Origin: Propionibacteriales bacterium
GTDB taxonomy: Bacteria > Actinomycetota > Actinomycetes > Propionibacteriales > Nocardioidaceae
DNA length: 64,000 bases
Reading direction: 5' to 3'
NCBI GenBank assembly: GCA_038256885.1
Contig: JBBSJW010000003.1
Location: 5,273-69,272, forward strand
Below are positions 48,253 through 59,913 of this stretch, piece after piece (the stretch's first letter is position 1; every line of letters starts with the position of its first letter). The translations under genes and the position numbers were made by a program. The notes under the pieces are model-generated. The model was given only the letters and a program-made list of their open reading frames with translations. It was not told the DNA's origin and made no database searches.

Positions 48253-50941
48253 GCCGATTCGTCGTCGGCTCGACATCACGCTCGAACCGCTCGACGTTCT
48301 CCGCCGGTTCCGCGATCGCGAACGCCTGGTCGCGCTGATCGGCGCCTGGCACCACGGCGAAGCGCTCATCGCGTTCGATCCGACGGACGTACTCGCTGGC
48401 GATCCGTTCACCGGCATCGACCTGCCGCCCAGCGGCCCCCTACGCGCGGATCAGGTAGTTGGATCTCCAGCGGGGCGCGTGGGGGGACCCCCAGGCGATG
48501 GCTTCTTCGGCGGCTGGATCGGCGCCTGGGGCTATCAGCTCGGCCGCCTGATCGAAGAGCTCCCCGGCATCCCGCCCCGCCGCATCCTGCAGCCCGATCA
48601 CCGCATCGCGTTCTATGACCACGTGCTGCGACTCACCGACGGGGTCTGGTGGCACGAATCGCTCAACGCTGACGCGGATCGTGACGGCGAGATCGACGTG
48701 ATCCTCGCTGGCGACCCGGGCGGCGCAGAGCCGTACGAGGTCGGCACCTTCGAGATGACGCCGACACCTTCGCTGCATCAGGACGCGCTGCGCACGGTGC
48801 TCGACCACATCGCGGCCGGCGACATCTTCCAGGCCAACCTCTGCACCAGGCTCGAGTCACCGTTCAGCGGCGACCCGCTCGATGTGTTCTGCGCGGGTGT
48901 TGATGCGCTGCAGCCGGCCTACGCGGCATACGTCTCCAGCCCCGAGGGCGCGCTCGCGAGCATGTCGCCCGAGCTGTTCCTGCGACGCACGGGCGACGAG
49001 GTCCTGACCTCGCCCATCAAGGGAACGGCATCGCTCGACACCGATCCGGCCGAGCTGGTCAGCTCCGCCAAGAACCGCGCAGAGAACATCATGATCGTCG
49101 ACCTGATGCGCAACGACCTCGGACGTGTGAGCGTGCCGGGATCCGTACGCGTACCGGCGATCACCCGGGCCGAGCGTCACGCGGTCTGGCACCTGGTCTC
49201 CGACGTCGTCGGTCACGTCAGCCGAGGTGTTCTCGACTCAGACCTCTTGCGGGCGACGTTCCCGCCCGGCTCGGTGACAGGCGCCCCCAAGGTGCGGGCA
49301 ATGGAGATCATCAATGAGCTCGAGGCGACCGGCCGCGAGGCCTACACCGGCTCGATTGGCCACGTCAGCGCTTCGGCCGGGCTCGAGATGAACGTCGCGA
49401 TCCGTACGTTCGAGATCGCCGGCGGCAGCATCTGGCTCGGTGTGGGCGGTGGCATCGTCGCCGACTCGACACCCGAAGGCGAGTACGCGGAGTGCCTGGT
49501 CAAGGCCCGCCCGCTCATCGAGGCGATCGGCGGGCGACTCGAACTGACGGCCGAGATGCCCTCGGACGAAGGCTCAGCGGTCGACCTCGCCGAGCGGGTC
49601 GATCCGACCGTGGACATCTCGCAGGGCATCTACGACACGTTGCTCGTCTTGGACGGCGTCGTGATCGACGTCGATGCCCACCTCGCCCGGCTCGATGCCA
49701 GCGTCCGGTCGGTCTACGGCTCGACGATCCGAGCCGGTCTCGACGAAGCTGTGCTGCGCCGTTCCTCAGGGCTGACAGGTCGCCAGCGGCTGCGCATCGA
49801 CGCCGTGCCATCTGACGGCGAAGTGCGCGTCACGATGAGCAGCCGCACCATCGACGATGACGCAGCGTCCTGGACGCTGGAGCCGCGGACGATCGCCGGT
49901 GGATTCGGCCAGCACAAATGGGCCGATCGTTCTCCACTCGAGCACGAGAGTGCACCGGACCGGGACCTGCTGCTCGTCTCCGAGGACGGTGCCGTCCTGG
50001 AGACGGCGCGAGCTAGTGTCTTCGTCGTGCACGACGACGGCGTCCACACTCCGCCAGTGGATGACCGCATCCTTCCCGGCACCGCTCGTGCACGCATCAT
50101 CGAGATCTTGCGCGACGCCGGCGTCCCGGTCTTCCAGCGGCGCCTGACTCTCGACGAGCTCAGCCGCGCGACGGAGGTGTTCGTCGCCAACTCGCTGCGC
50201 GGAGTCGTACCCGTTCGATCGGTCGAAGGCATTGGCGAGTGGAATGTTGGCCGTACGACCGAATGGCTCCGCGACGAGCTCTGGTCCTTCTGGAGAGGTC
50301 CGGTCCCTAGGCGCGAAGCGCCGGGAGGGAGCTCTGCGACCGAAGGGGCCAAGGTCCTCTTCATCGACAACTACGACTCGTTCGTCTACAACCTCGTGCA
50401 GTACGTCGGCGAGCTGGGTGCCACTGCTGAGGTGGTCCGCAATGACGCGATCACCGTCGACGAGCTCGTCGCAGCCCGCCAACGCGGCGACTTCACCCAC
50501 CTGATCGTCTCGCCAGGTCCCGGCACGCCCGCCGATGCGGGCATCAGCATCGAGGCAATTCGTCGTCTCGGCCCGACCACGCCGACCCTGGGCGTGTGCC
50601 TCGGTCACCAGGCTATCGGCGAGGTCTACGGCGCCACCGTCGTACGCGCTCCCGAGATCGTGCACGGCAAGCCGTCGCTGGTGCACCACGACGGTCTCGG
50701 CGTCTACGCCGGACTGCCCACGCCGCTGGTCTGCGCGCGTTATCACTCGCTTGTCATCGACCCGGCGACATTGCCCGACGAGCTCGAGGCGACAGCGCAT
50801 ACGGCTTCCGGCATCCTCATGGGCGTGCGGCACCGTACGCATCCGGTCGAAGGCGTTCAGATGCACCCCGAATCCATCCTGACGGCGCGCGGCCACGAGA
50901 TGCTCCAGTCGTTCCTTGCGGGCTCTAGACATAGCGAGTAG
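48230..50941 (+). CDS. Trifunctional PABA synthesis fusion: PabB + ADC lyase-like (PabC) + PabA glutamine amidotransferase
   Basis: PabB (FQANL, SPELFL, PIKGT, ENIMIVDLMRNDL, FPPGSVTGAPK); class IV aminotransferase-like (QHKW, ILPGTAR, VANSLRG); GATase (IDNYDSF, SPGPG, GVCLGHQ, RYHSL, QMHPES). The start codon is uncertain. Confidence 0.85.
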   Translation: MARPPGTEPIRRRLDITLEPLDVLRRFRDRERLVALIGAWHHGEALIAFDPTDVLAGDPFTGIDLPPSGPLRADQVVGSPAGRVGGPPGDGFFGGWIGAWGYQLGRLIEELPGIPPRRILQPDHRIAFYDHVLRLTDGVWWHESLNADADRDGEIDVILAGDPGGAEPYEVGTFEMTPTPSLHQDALRTVLDHIAAGDIFQANLCTRLESPFSGDPLDVFCAGVDALQPAYAAYVSSPEGALASMSPELFLRRTGDEVLTSPIKGTASLDTDPAELVSSAKNRAENIMIVDLMRNDLGRVSVPGSVRVPAITRAERHAVWHLVSDVVGHVSRGVLDSDLLRATFPPGSVTGAPKVRAMEIINELEATGREAYTGSIGHVSASAGLEMNVAIRTFEIAGGSIWLGVGGGIVADSTPEGEYAECLVKARPLIEAIGGRLELTAEMPSDEGSAVDLAERVDPTVDISQGIYDTLLVLDGVVIDVDAHLARLDASVRSVYGSTIRAGLDEAVLRRSSGLTGRQRLRIDAVPSDGEVRVTMSSRTIDDDAASWTLEPRTIAGGFGQHKWADRSPLEHESAPDRDLLLVSEDGAVLETARASVFVVHDDGVHTPPVDDRILPGTARARIIEILRDAGVPVFQRRLTLDELSRATEVFVANSLRGVVPVRSVEGIGEWNVGRTTEWLRDELWSFWRGPVPRREAPGGSSATEGAKVLFIDNYDSFVYNLVQYVGELGATAEVVRNDAITVDELVAARQRGDFTHLIVSPGPGTPADAGISIEAIRRLGPTTPTLGVCLGHQAIGEVYGATVVRAPEIVHGKPSLVHHDGLGVYAGLPTPLVCARYHSLVIDPATLPDELEATAHTASGILMGVRHRTHPVEGVQMHPESILTARGHEMLQSFLAGSRHSE
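48434..48492 (+). repeat. In-frame palindromic insertion in the PabB domain
   Basis: 12-bp stem CCCCCTACGCGC / GCGCGTGGGGGG followed by ACCCC; ends resemble the ask-asd element. Confidence 0.5.
50301..50347 (+). repeat. In-frame coding palindromic element (family C), copy 2, at the PabC/PabA junction
   Basis: Homologous to 10602-10647, same reading frame; encodes VPRREAPGGSSATEG. Confidence 0.8.
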
Positions 50942-50961
50942 TCACTCGCTATGTTGAACCG

Positions 50962-52761
50962 ATGAGCGACTTTGATCTGGTCATCAATGGCGGCACTTAC
51001 TACGACGGCACGGGTGCGCCGGGCGTCGTCACCAACGTTGGCATCAAGGACGGACGGGTCGCCGTCGTCAGTCCCGAGGGGCTGCCGACCGGTCCCAGCA
51101 CACGGGTCGTCGACGCGGCAGGACAGTGGGTCATGCCTGGGTTCGTCGACGCGCACACCCACTACGACGCCGAGGTGCAGGTTGCGCCTGGACTCAACGA
51201 GTCGGTACGCCATGGTGTGACCACTGTCTTGGTCGGCAACTGCTCGCTCTCCACGATCTATTCGTCGCCGCTCGACATCGCCGATCTGTTCAGCCGGGTC
51301 GAGGCGCTGCCACGCACTCATGTGCTCGCCTCGCTGGAGGATGCCAAGACGTGGTCGACCCCCCAGGGCTGGGTCGATGCGTTGGAGCAGCTGCCACTCG
51401 GTCCGCACGTCGCCTCGTTCCTCGGGCACTCCGACGTACGTGCCAGTGTCATGGGTATGGGCCGGTCGACCGACCCGGATCACAAGGCAACCAAGGACGA
51501 GAAGGCGGAGATCGAGCGCCGCCTCGAGGACGCGCTCGACGCCGGCTTCCTCGGCATCTCGACGATGACGAACCCGTGGGACAAGCTCGACGGTGACCGC
51601 TACCGCTCCCGCTCGCTGCCGTCGACGTACTCGAGCTGGAAGGAGTTCCGCGGCCTGAGCCGGGTGCTTCGTCGTCGTGGCCGCGTCCTGCAGGGCGTGC
51701 CCAACCTCAACAAGAAGTACGACATCGCGTTCTACCTCACGACCGCGATGGGCCTGTTCCGCAAGCCGCTCAAGGTCTCGCTCCTAGCCGCCGCCGACAC
51801 CAAGGCCGAGCCGTGGGTGCAGCGGATCTTTGCGCCGCTGGCGTTCATAGCGAACACGCTGGGCCGTGGCAAGTTCGTCTGGCAGCACCTGCCGACGACG
51901 TTCCGGGTCTGGGCCGACGGAATCGACCTCGTGGTCTTCGAGGAGTTCGGATCCGGTCGCGAGGCCCTGCACCTCCGCGAGGAGATGGGGCGCAACGACC
52001 TCCTCAACGACGAGGCCTACCGTCGCTGGTTCCGCCGCGACTTCGACAAGCGCTTCTCGCCGCGGGTCTGGCACCGCGACTTCGATGATGCCGAGATCAC
52101 CGAGTGCCCCGAGGCCAATCTGGTCGGCATGATGATCGGTCAGGTTGCGCGTGACCGTGGGCTGCACCCCGTCGACTGCTACCTCGACCTGGTCGTCGAG
52201 CACGGCACCAAGCTGCGTTGGAAGACCAACATCGCGAACACCCGTCCCGAGGTCCAGGACTCGCTCATCAATCGCCGAGGGATCACGATCGGGTTCTCCG
52301 ATGCCGGCGCTCACCTGCGCAACATGGCGTTCTACAACTTCGGTATCCGTCTGCTCAACCGCGTGAACAAGGCGCAGGGCGAAGCCAAGCCATTCATGTC
52401 GGTCGAGAAGGCCGTGTTCAAGCTGACCGCCGAGCTGGGTGACTTCTACGGCATCGACGCCGGCCGTATCGGAGTCGGCGATCGTGCCGACATCGTCGTC
52501 GTCGACCCGAAGGGGCTCAGCGACGAGGTCGACAGCTATCACGAGGCCCTGATGCCCGAGTTCGGCGACATGAGCCGCATGGTCAACCGCAACGACGCCG
52601 CAGTCAGCGCCACGATCGTGACCGGCGAGGTGGTGTACGAGCGCGGCGAGTTCGTTGAGGGCTACGGCCGCACGCTGGGAACCGGCCGGTTCCTGCGCGC
52701 AGGCGAGGCACGCGGCAGCGTCACTCCAGTCCGTCGCCTCGAACCGGTGGTGGCACAGTAG
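50962..52761 (+). CDS. N-acyl-D-amino acid deacylase family amidohydrolase
   Basis: PGFVDAHTHYD, HGVTTVLVGNC, FSDAGAH, GDRADIVV. Confidence 0.88.
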   Translation: MSDFDLVINGGTYYDGTGAPGVVTNVGIKDGRVAVVSPEGLPTGPSTRVVDAAGQWVMPGFVDAHTHYDAEVQVAPGLNESVRHGVTTVLVGNCSLSTIYSSPLDIADLFSRVEALPRTHVLASLEDAKTWSTPQGWVDALEQLPLGPHVASFLGHSDVRASVMGMGRSTDPDHKATKDEKAEIERRLEDALDAGFLGISTMTNPWDKLDGDRYRSRSLPSTYSSWKEFRGLSRVLRRRGRVLQGVPNLNKKYDIAFYLTTAMGLFRKPLKVSLLAAADTKAEPWVQRIFAPLAFIANTLGRGKFVWQHLPTTFRVWADGIDLVVFEEFGSGREALHLREEMGRNDLLNDEAYRRWFRRDFDKRFSPRVWHRDFDDAEITECPEANLVGMMIGQVARDRGLHPVDCYLDLVVEHGTKLRWKTNIANTRPEVQDSLINRRGITIGFSDAGAHLRNMAFYNFGIRLLNRVNKAQGEAKPFMSVEKAVFKLTAELGDFYGIDAGRIGVGDRADIVVVDPKGLSDEVDSYHEALMPEFGDMSRMVNRNDAAVSATIVTGEVVYERGEFVEGYGRTLGTGRFLRAGEARGSVTPVRRLEPVVAQ

Positions 52762-52766
52762 GCGCC

Positions 52767-53390
52767 GTGACCACGGCCCCGCGACGCACGCAGACCCAGC
52801 GTCGCGAGGCGACGATGGCGGCTGTCGTCGACGCTGCCGTCGCGGCACTCGGCGAGGTGGGATACGCGCGTACGACGACCAACGAGATCGCTCGCAGGGC
52901 GGGCGTCTCCCAGGGCGGCTTGTTCCGCCACTTCGAGTCGCGCCTCGACGTCATCCTCGCCGCTGCAGATGCCGTACGGGCCAGACAGTTCGTCGACTTC
53001 CGTACCGGGCTGGACTCCATGACCAGCTTCGACGTCGCCGAGGTTGTCCACCTCCTGCGCCGCGCGACTCGGGCGCCGATCAACGCGGCTTGGTACGAGC
53101 TCCTGGTCGCCGCGCGTACCGATGCCGAGCTTCGTCAGCGGCTCGAACCACTGGCGCAGCGTTATCACGAGGAGATCATCGAGCTGGGTCGCGCGCTCCC
53201 CATCGCCGCCTCGATCCAATCCGAGGAGCTCGACACGATCGTGCTGGGCATCGTCCACATGCTCGACGGCGAGGCACTGACTGCCACAGTGCATCCGCAC
53301 CCCGAGCAGGAGGACATTCGAGTCGAACAGCTCGTGCGCATGCTGGCCGGAGAGCCCGTGTTCGGCAAGCGCGCCGACCACTCGTCATGA
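52767..53390 (+). CDS. TetR family regulator
   Basis: TTTNEIARRAGVSQGGLFRHF HTH. Confidence 0.88.
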   Translation: MTTAPRRTQTQRREATMAAVVDAAVAALGEVGYARTTTNEIARRAGVSQGGLFRHFESRLDVILAAADAVRARQFVDFRTGLDSMTSFDVAEVVHLLRRATRAPINAAWYELLVAARTDAELRQRLEPLAQRYHEEIIELGRALPIAASIQSEELDTIVLGIVHMLDGEALTATVHPHPEQEDIRVEQLVRMLAGEPVFGKRADHSS

Positions 53391-53416
53391 GGCTCCGCCG
53401 CCTAGACTGATCCCCT

Positions 53417-54028
53417 ATGTATGACGGCGTGATTCAGGATCTGATCGATGAGCTCGGGCGACTTCCCGGCATCGGTCCCAAGAGTGCGCAACGCATCGCC
53501 TTCTTCCTGCTCGACTCCGATCCTGAAGACGTACGCCGCTTCGCCTCGACGCTGACCGAAGTCAAGGCCAAGGTCCACTTCTGCTCGATCTGCGGCAATG
53601 TCACGGTCGACACCGAGTGCCGCATCTGCGCCGACCCGCGCCGCGACCTCAGCGTGCTGTGCGTCGTCGAGGAGTCCAAGGACGTCGTCGCGATCGAACG
53701 CACGCGTGAGTTCCGCGGCCGCTACCACGTGCTCGGCGGTGCGATCTCGCCGATCGCGGGTATCGGTCCCGACCAGCTGCGCATCAAGGAGCTGCTCCAA
53801 AGCCTGCAGGACGGCGCGGTCACCGAGGTCATCATCGCCACCGATCCCAACCTCGAGGGCGAGGCGACCGCGACCTATTTGATCCGCATGCTGTCGCCGT
53901 ACGGTCTGCGCGTCAGCAAGCTTGCCAGCGGACTGCCGGTCGGCGGCGACCTCGAGTACGCCGACGAGCTCACGCTGGGCCGCGCCTTCGAAGGCCGCAC
54001 CACGATCGGCAACGCCGCCGCCAGCTGA
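53417..54028 (+). CDS. recR: Recombination protein RecR
   Basis: [13 protein letters not shown] HhH, C4 zinc finger, Toprim [19 protein letters not shown]. Confidence 0.96.
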   Translation: MYDGVIQDLIDELGRLPGIGPKSAQRIAFFLLDSDPEDVRRFASTLTEVKAKVHFCSICGNVTVDTECRICADPRRDLSVLCVVEESKDVVAIERTREFRGRYHVLGGAISPIAGIGPDQLRIKELLQSLQDGAVTEVIIATDPNLEGEATATYLIRMLSPYGLRVSKLASGLPVGGDLEYADELTLGRAFEGRTTIGNAAAS

Positions 54029-54070
54029 TTTCCGGTTGCCAGCCGGTCCGAGCGGGCTCACACTCGGCAG

Positions 54071-54799
54071 ATGACCTCACCGCCCGACTTCAGCGGTCTT
54101 AGCGCCGTCTTCATCAATGCGACCCTCAAGAAGTCGCCCGAGCCCAGCAACACTGACGGACTCGTCACCAAGAGCGCAGACATCATGCGGAGCCACGGCG
54201 TGGACGTCACGGAGATCCGGGCCATCGACCGCCAGATCGCCACCGGTGTCTATCCGGACATGACCGAGCACGGCTGGGACATCGACGAATGGCCGGGGAT
54301 CCTCGACCAGGTCATGGCGGCCGAGATCCTCGTGCTGGCTGGTCCGATCTGGCTTGGCGACAACAGCAGCATCATGAAGCAGGTCATCGAGCGGCTCTAC
54401 TCGGCTTCCAGCATGCTCAACGCCGACGGCCAGTACGCGTTCTACGGCCGTGTCGGTGGCTGCATCATCACTGGCAACGAGGACGGTATCAAGCACTGCG
54501 CCATGAATGTGCTCTACAGCCTTCAGCACGTCGGTTTCACGATCCCGCCGCAGGCGGACGCTGGGTGGATCGGTGAGGCCGGGCCGGGAGCGTCCTACCT
54601 TGACCCGGGTTCCGGCGGACCAGAGAACGACTTCACCAACCGCAACACGACCTTCATGACGTACAACCTCATGCATCTCGCCAAGCAGTTCAAGGACGCA
54701 GGCGGCCTACCGGCGTATGGCAACCAGCGGACCGTGTGGGACGCCGGGGTGCACAGCTACGCCAAGGACTCGGGAGCAGCCAACCCCGAATACCGCTAG
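54071..54799 (+). CDS. Flavodoxin-like / NADPH-dependent FMN reductase family protein
   Basis: NATLKKSP, GPIWLG, VIERL, GNEDG, PPQADAGWIG. Confidence 0.8.
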   Translation: MTSPPDFSGLSAVFINATLKKSPEPSNTDGLVTKSADIMRSHGVDVTEIRAIDRQIATGVYPDMTEHGWDIDEWPGILDQVMAAEILVLAGPIWLGDNSSIMKQVIERLYSASSMLNADGQYAFYGRVGGCIITGNEDGIKHCAMNVLYSLQHVGFTIPPQADAGWIGEAGPGASYLDPGSGGPENDFTNRNTTFMTYNLMHLAKQFKDAGGLPAYGNQRTVWDAGVHSYAKDSGAANPEYR

Positions 54800-54939
54800 C
54801 CGTATGACCGTTATTCGCTGTCTCGCGGCAGGATCACCGCTCCTCTCGGTGCGGGCCTACGGGTAGACTGAGCGGGCGCAGCGTCGCGCATCCGTACATC
54901 ACCACCCAGTCAGGACCACTCACCTCAAGGAACGTGCTC

Positions 54940-57340
<2,401 letters not shown>

Positions 57341-57427
57341 AACCTGCTGTACGCGGTCAAGCCCTCGAGCCTCGAACCATCTCGTGCTGCCAGCACGCAG
57401 ATGATCCTCACGCAGCGCTGGTGAGAG

Positions 57428-58165
57428 TCAGTTGGCTTCTTCGGCGGACGTCTCGGCTAGGTCGAGCAACCACTTGGCCAACACGTACGAGATGACGGCG
57501 ATCAGCGGAACGATCAGGAGTCCCCACACCGTGTCGGCGAGGCCGAGGAAGAGCCCGAGCATCGCGACGATCGTGAGCACGACACCGAGGAAGCTCGTCA
57601 GTCGCGCCTGGGTGACTCCGAAGCCCGACAGGAGCAGCTCGCCGAAGACGAAGGCGATGAAGGCGACGACGACAAAGGTGAGCGAGCCCCAACGGCCACC
57701 GCCGGCGGACACGCCACGCAGCTCGTTGAACAGGCTCTTGGACGCCAAACCGAGGGCCACGGCGATCAATCCGACGACAGCCCCGGTAAAGACCGATGCA
57801 GGGATCGGGCTCCAGTGCGGCATACGCCAGGTCCGTACGCGGAAGAAGCTGTCATCGACGGCATCGCGTACGCGGCCGGCTCCAGACTTGATCGCCCCGG
57901 CGGCCCCGGATGCAGCGCTCGAGCTCTTCGAGGTCACGGCCTTCTGTGCGCCCTTGACCTTGGACGCGACTGCGATCTTGGGGCGCGGCGCCTTGGGCGC
58001 TGGCTTGCTGGGAGCTGTGCCGGCCTTGGCCTTCGGGCGGGGTGCAGTGGCCACCGCGCGGCCGTATCGCACCTGTGGCGCGGAGTCCCTGGGGGCAGGT
58101 TTGGCGACGCCCTTCTTGACTACCCGCTTGACCACCTTCTTTGCAGGTGTCTGTTCGTCGGCCAT
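57428..58165 (-). CDS. Hypothetical membrane protein with Lys/Ala/Pro-rich N-terminus and about 4 TM segments
   Basis: 245-aa ORF with a basic low-complexity N-terminus and hydrophobic C-terminal half. Confidence 0.7.
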   Translation of the reverse strand: MADEQTPAKKVVKRVVKKGVAKPAPRDSAPQVRYGRAVATAPRPKAKAGTAPSKPAPKAPRPKIAVASKVKGAQKAVTSKSSSAASGAAGAIKSGAGRVRDAVDDSFFRVRTWRMPHWSPIPASVFTGAVVGLIAVALGLASKSLFNELRGVSAGGGRWGSLTFVVVAFIAFVFGELLLSGFGVTQARLTSFLGVVLTIVAMLGLFLGLADTVWGLLIVPLIAVISYVLAKWLLDLAETSAEEAN

Positions 58166-58359
58166 GTTCCGAGTCTTTCACAGGGGTGGGCGAAGTCATT
58201 CCGAGATGAGTTGCGATCCGATTGCAATCTTGTCGTCCTTCGGGGTGGCAGGGACTCCGCCGGCGCCGTTGCATTGATGAACTTGCGCTTCGAGTGCGCC
58301 TCCTCCTCAAATCCTGCGCGACATCGTGACGGACGAAAAGCGGGCGGCCACGAAAGCAG

Positions 58360-58395
58360 CAAGAGGGCGGCTCATCGAAATGAGCCGCCCTCTTG
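58360..58395 (-). terminator. Hairpin downstream of tRNA-Pro
   Basis: CAAGAGGGCGGCTCAT-cgaa-ATGAGCCGCCCTCTTG, perfect 16-bp stem (UUCG loop on the minus strand). Confidence 0.75.
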
Positions 58396-58402
58396 TCGTC
58401 CG

Positions 58403-58476
58403 TCGGGGTGACAGGATTTGAACCTGCGGCCTCGTCGTCCCGAACGACGCGCGCTACCAAGCTGCGCCACACCCCG
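58403..58476 (-). tRNA. tRNA-Pro (CGG)
   Basis: CGGGGTGTGGCGCAGCTTGGTAGCGCGCGTCGTT-CGG-GACGACGAGGCCGCAGGTTCAAATCCTGTCACCCCGA; CCA not encoded. Confidence 0.95.
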
Positions 58477-58496
58477 GCCGTCCCGCCCGGTAGTGA

Positions 58497-59411
58497 CTAC
58501 TGGGAGGACCCGGGAGAGTCTATCTCAGTCAGAGTGAGCAGAGTTGCCTCGGGGCGACAGGCAAACCGTACGGGAGTGAACGGCGACGTGCCGAGGCCCG
58601 CAGACACGTGAAGCCAGGACGGATCGTGCCCGACGACCTGGTGCGTATGCAGTCCCTTGGCACGCTTGCGATCAAGATCGCAGTTGGTGACGAGTGCGCC
58701 GAAGAATGGCAGACACAGCTGTCCGCCATGGGTGTGGCCGGCCATGATCAGCGGGTAGCCGAGCGAGTTCCAGCGGTCGAGCACCCTCAGGTAGGGGGCA
58801 TGTGTGACGCCGATTGCGAGGTCGACCGTGGTGTCGGCGGGTTCGTCATCGAGCACGTCGTAGCCGAGGTGAGGATCGTCGACCCCGACGAAAGCCAAGC
58901 TGTGTCCGGCGACCTCAAGCGCTGCATGGCGATTGGTGAGGTCGGTCCAGCCGCGCTGGGCAAATGCTGTGCGGAGCTCGTCGAAGGGAAGGTCGGGAGT
59001 GGTCCTGAGTCGTGCACCCTTCGTACCGGTGCCACCGCGTAGGTAGCGAACCGGGTTCTTCATGTGCGGCTCAAAGTAGTCATTCGAACCGAAGACGAAG
59101 GCACCGGGAACATCGAGCAGGTCGCCATACGCCTCGAGCACGGACGGCACGGCATCCATGTGAGCCAGGTTGTCGCCGGTGTTGATCACGAGATCGGGCT
59201 CGAGCCCGGCGAGACCGCGAAGCCACTTCTGCTTCTTGTGCTGACCCGGGGTCATGTGGGTGTCGGACAAGTGCAGGACCCGCAGCGGTGACGATCCCTG
59301 GGGCAGCACTGGGACGGTGACCTTCCGCAGCGTGAAGGCGCGAGCCTCGTACGCCGTGGCGTACGTCAGCCCGGCGGCTGCGGCAGCCAGCGGCACGACA
59401 ACGGAGAGCAT
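58497..59411 (-). CDS. Metallophosphoesterase (Rv3683-like)
   Basis: HLSDTH, TGDN, GSND, THAP, AGHTHGGQ; conserved ponA2 neighbour. Confidence 0.88.
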   Translation of the reverse strand: MLSVVVPLAAAAAGLTYATAYEARAFTLRKVTVPVLPQGSSPLRVLHLSDTHMTPGQHKKQKWLRGLAGLEPDLVINTGDNLAHMDAVPSVLEAYGDLLDVPGAFVFGSNDYFEPHMKNPVRYLRGGTGTKGARLRTTPDLPFDELRTAFAQRGWTDLTNRHAALEVAGHSLAFVGVDDPHLGYDVLDDEPADTTVDLAIGVTHAPYLRVLDRWNSLGYPLIMAGHTHGGQLCLPFFGALVTNCDLDRKRAKGLHTHQVVGHDPSWLHVSAGLGTSPFTPVRFACRPEATLLTLTEIDSPGSSQ

Positions 59412-59450
59412 GACGCCCAGCCTCGCACAGCGTGGTGGGAGACTTGACTC

Positions 59451-59912
59451 ATGTCAGCTCTCAAGGACCAGCTCCACACCGACCTCGTCACCGCGATGAA
59501 GGCTCGCGACACCTTGCGTACGTCGACGCTTCGCATGGCGCTCGCGGCGATCACCAATGCCGAAGTGGCTGGCAAGGAAGCCAAGGAGCTCACGGATGAG
59601 GACGTCATCACCGTGCTCGGGTCCGAGGCGAAGAAGCGCCGCGAGGCCGCCGAGGCATTTGCTGCCGGCGACCGTCAGGAACTCGCCGACAAGGAGAAGG
59701 CCGAGGCGGAGATCCTCGCGATCTACTTGCCCGAGCAGCTCGGTGCCGACGAGATCAAGGCGATTGTCACTGCAGCCGTTGAGTCCGCGGGTGCCGCCGG
59801 CGAGGGAATGAAGGCCATGGGCAAGGTCATGGGCATCGTGTCACCGCAGGTCAAGGGCAAAGCCGACGGCGGTGCAGTCGCGGCCGAGGTCAAGGCTCAG
59901 CTCGACGCTTGA
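59451..59912 (+). CDS. GatB/YqeY domain protein
   Basis: AMKARD, EAKKRREAAE, YLPEQL, MGKVMG, GKADG. Confidence 0.9.
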   Translation: MSALKDQLHTDLVTAMKARDTLRTSTLRMALAAITNAEVAGKEAKELTDEDVITVLGSEAKKRREAAEAFAAGDRQELADKEKAEAEILAIYLPEQLGADEIKAIVTAAVESAGAAGEGMKAMGKVMGIVSPQVKGKADGGAVAAEVKAQLDA

Positions 59913-59913
59913 C

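Noticed and set aside
53387-53410. Mini-ORF MRLRRLD* starting at the tetR ATGA before recR
   Set aside because: Only 7 codons, no repeat structure, stops 6 nt short of recR and overlaps recR's own -10; likely chance
58170-58359. Non-coding stretch downstream of tRNA-Pro as a possible island remnant or sRNA
   Set aside because: No tRNA 3' duplication and no convincing ORF or structure beyond a short imperfect palindrome
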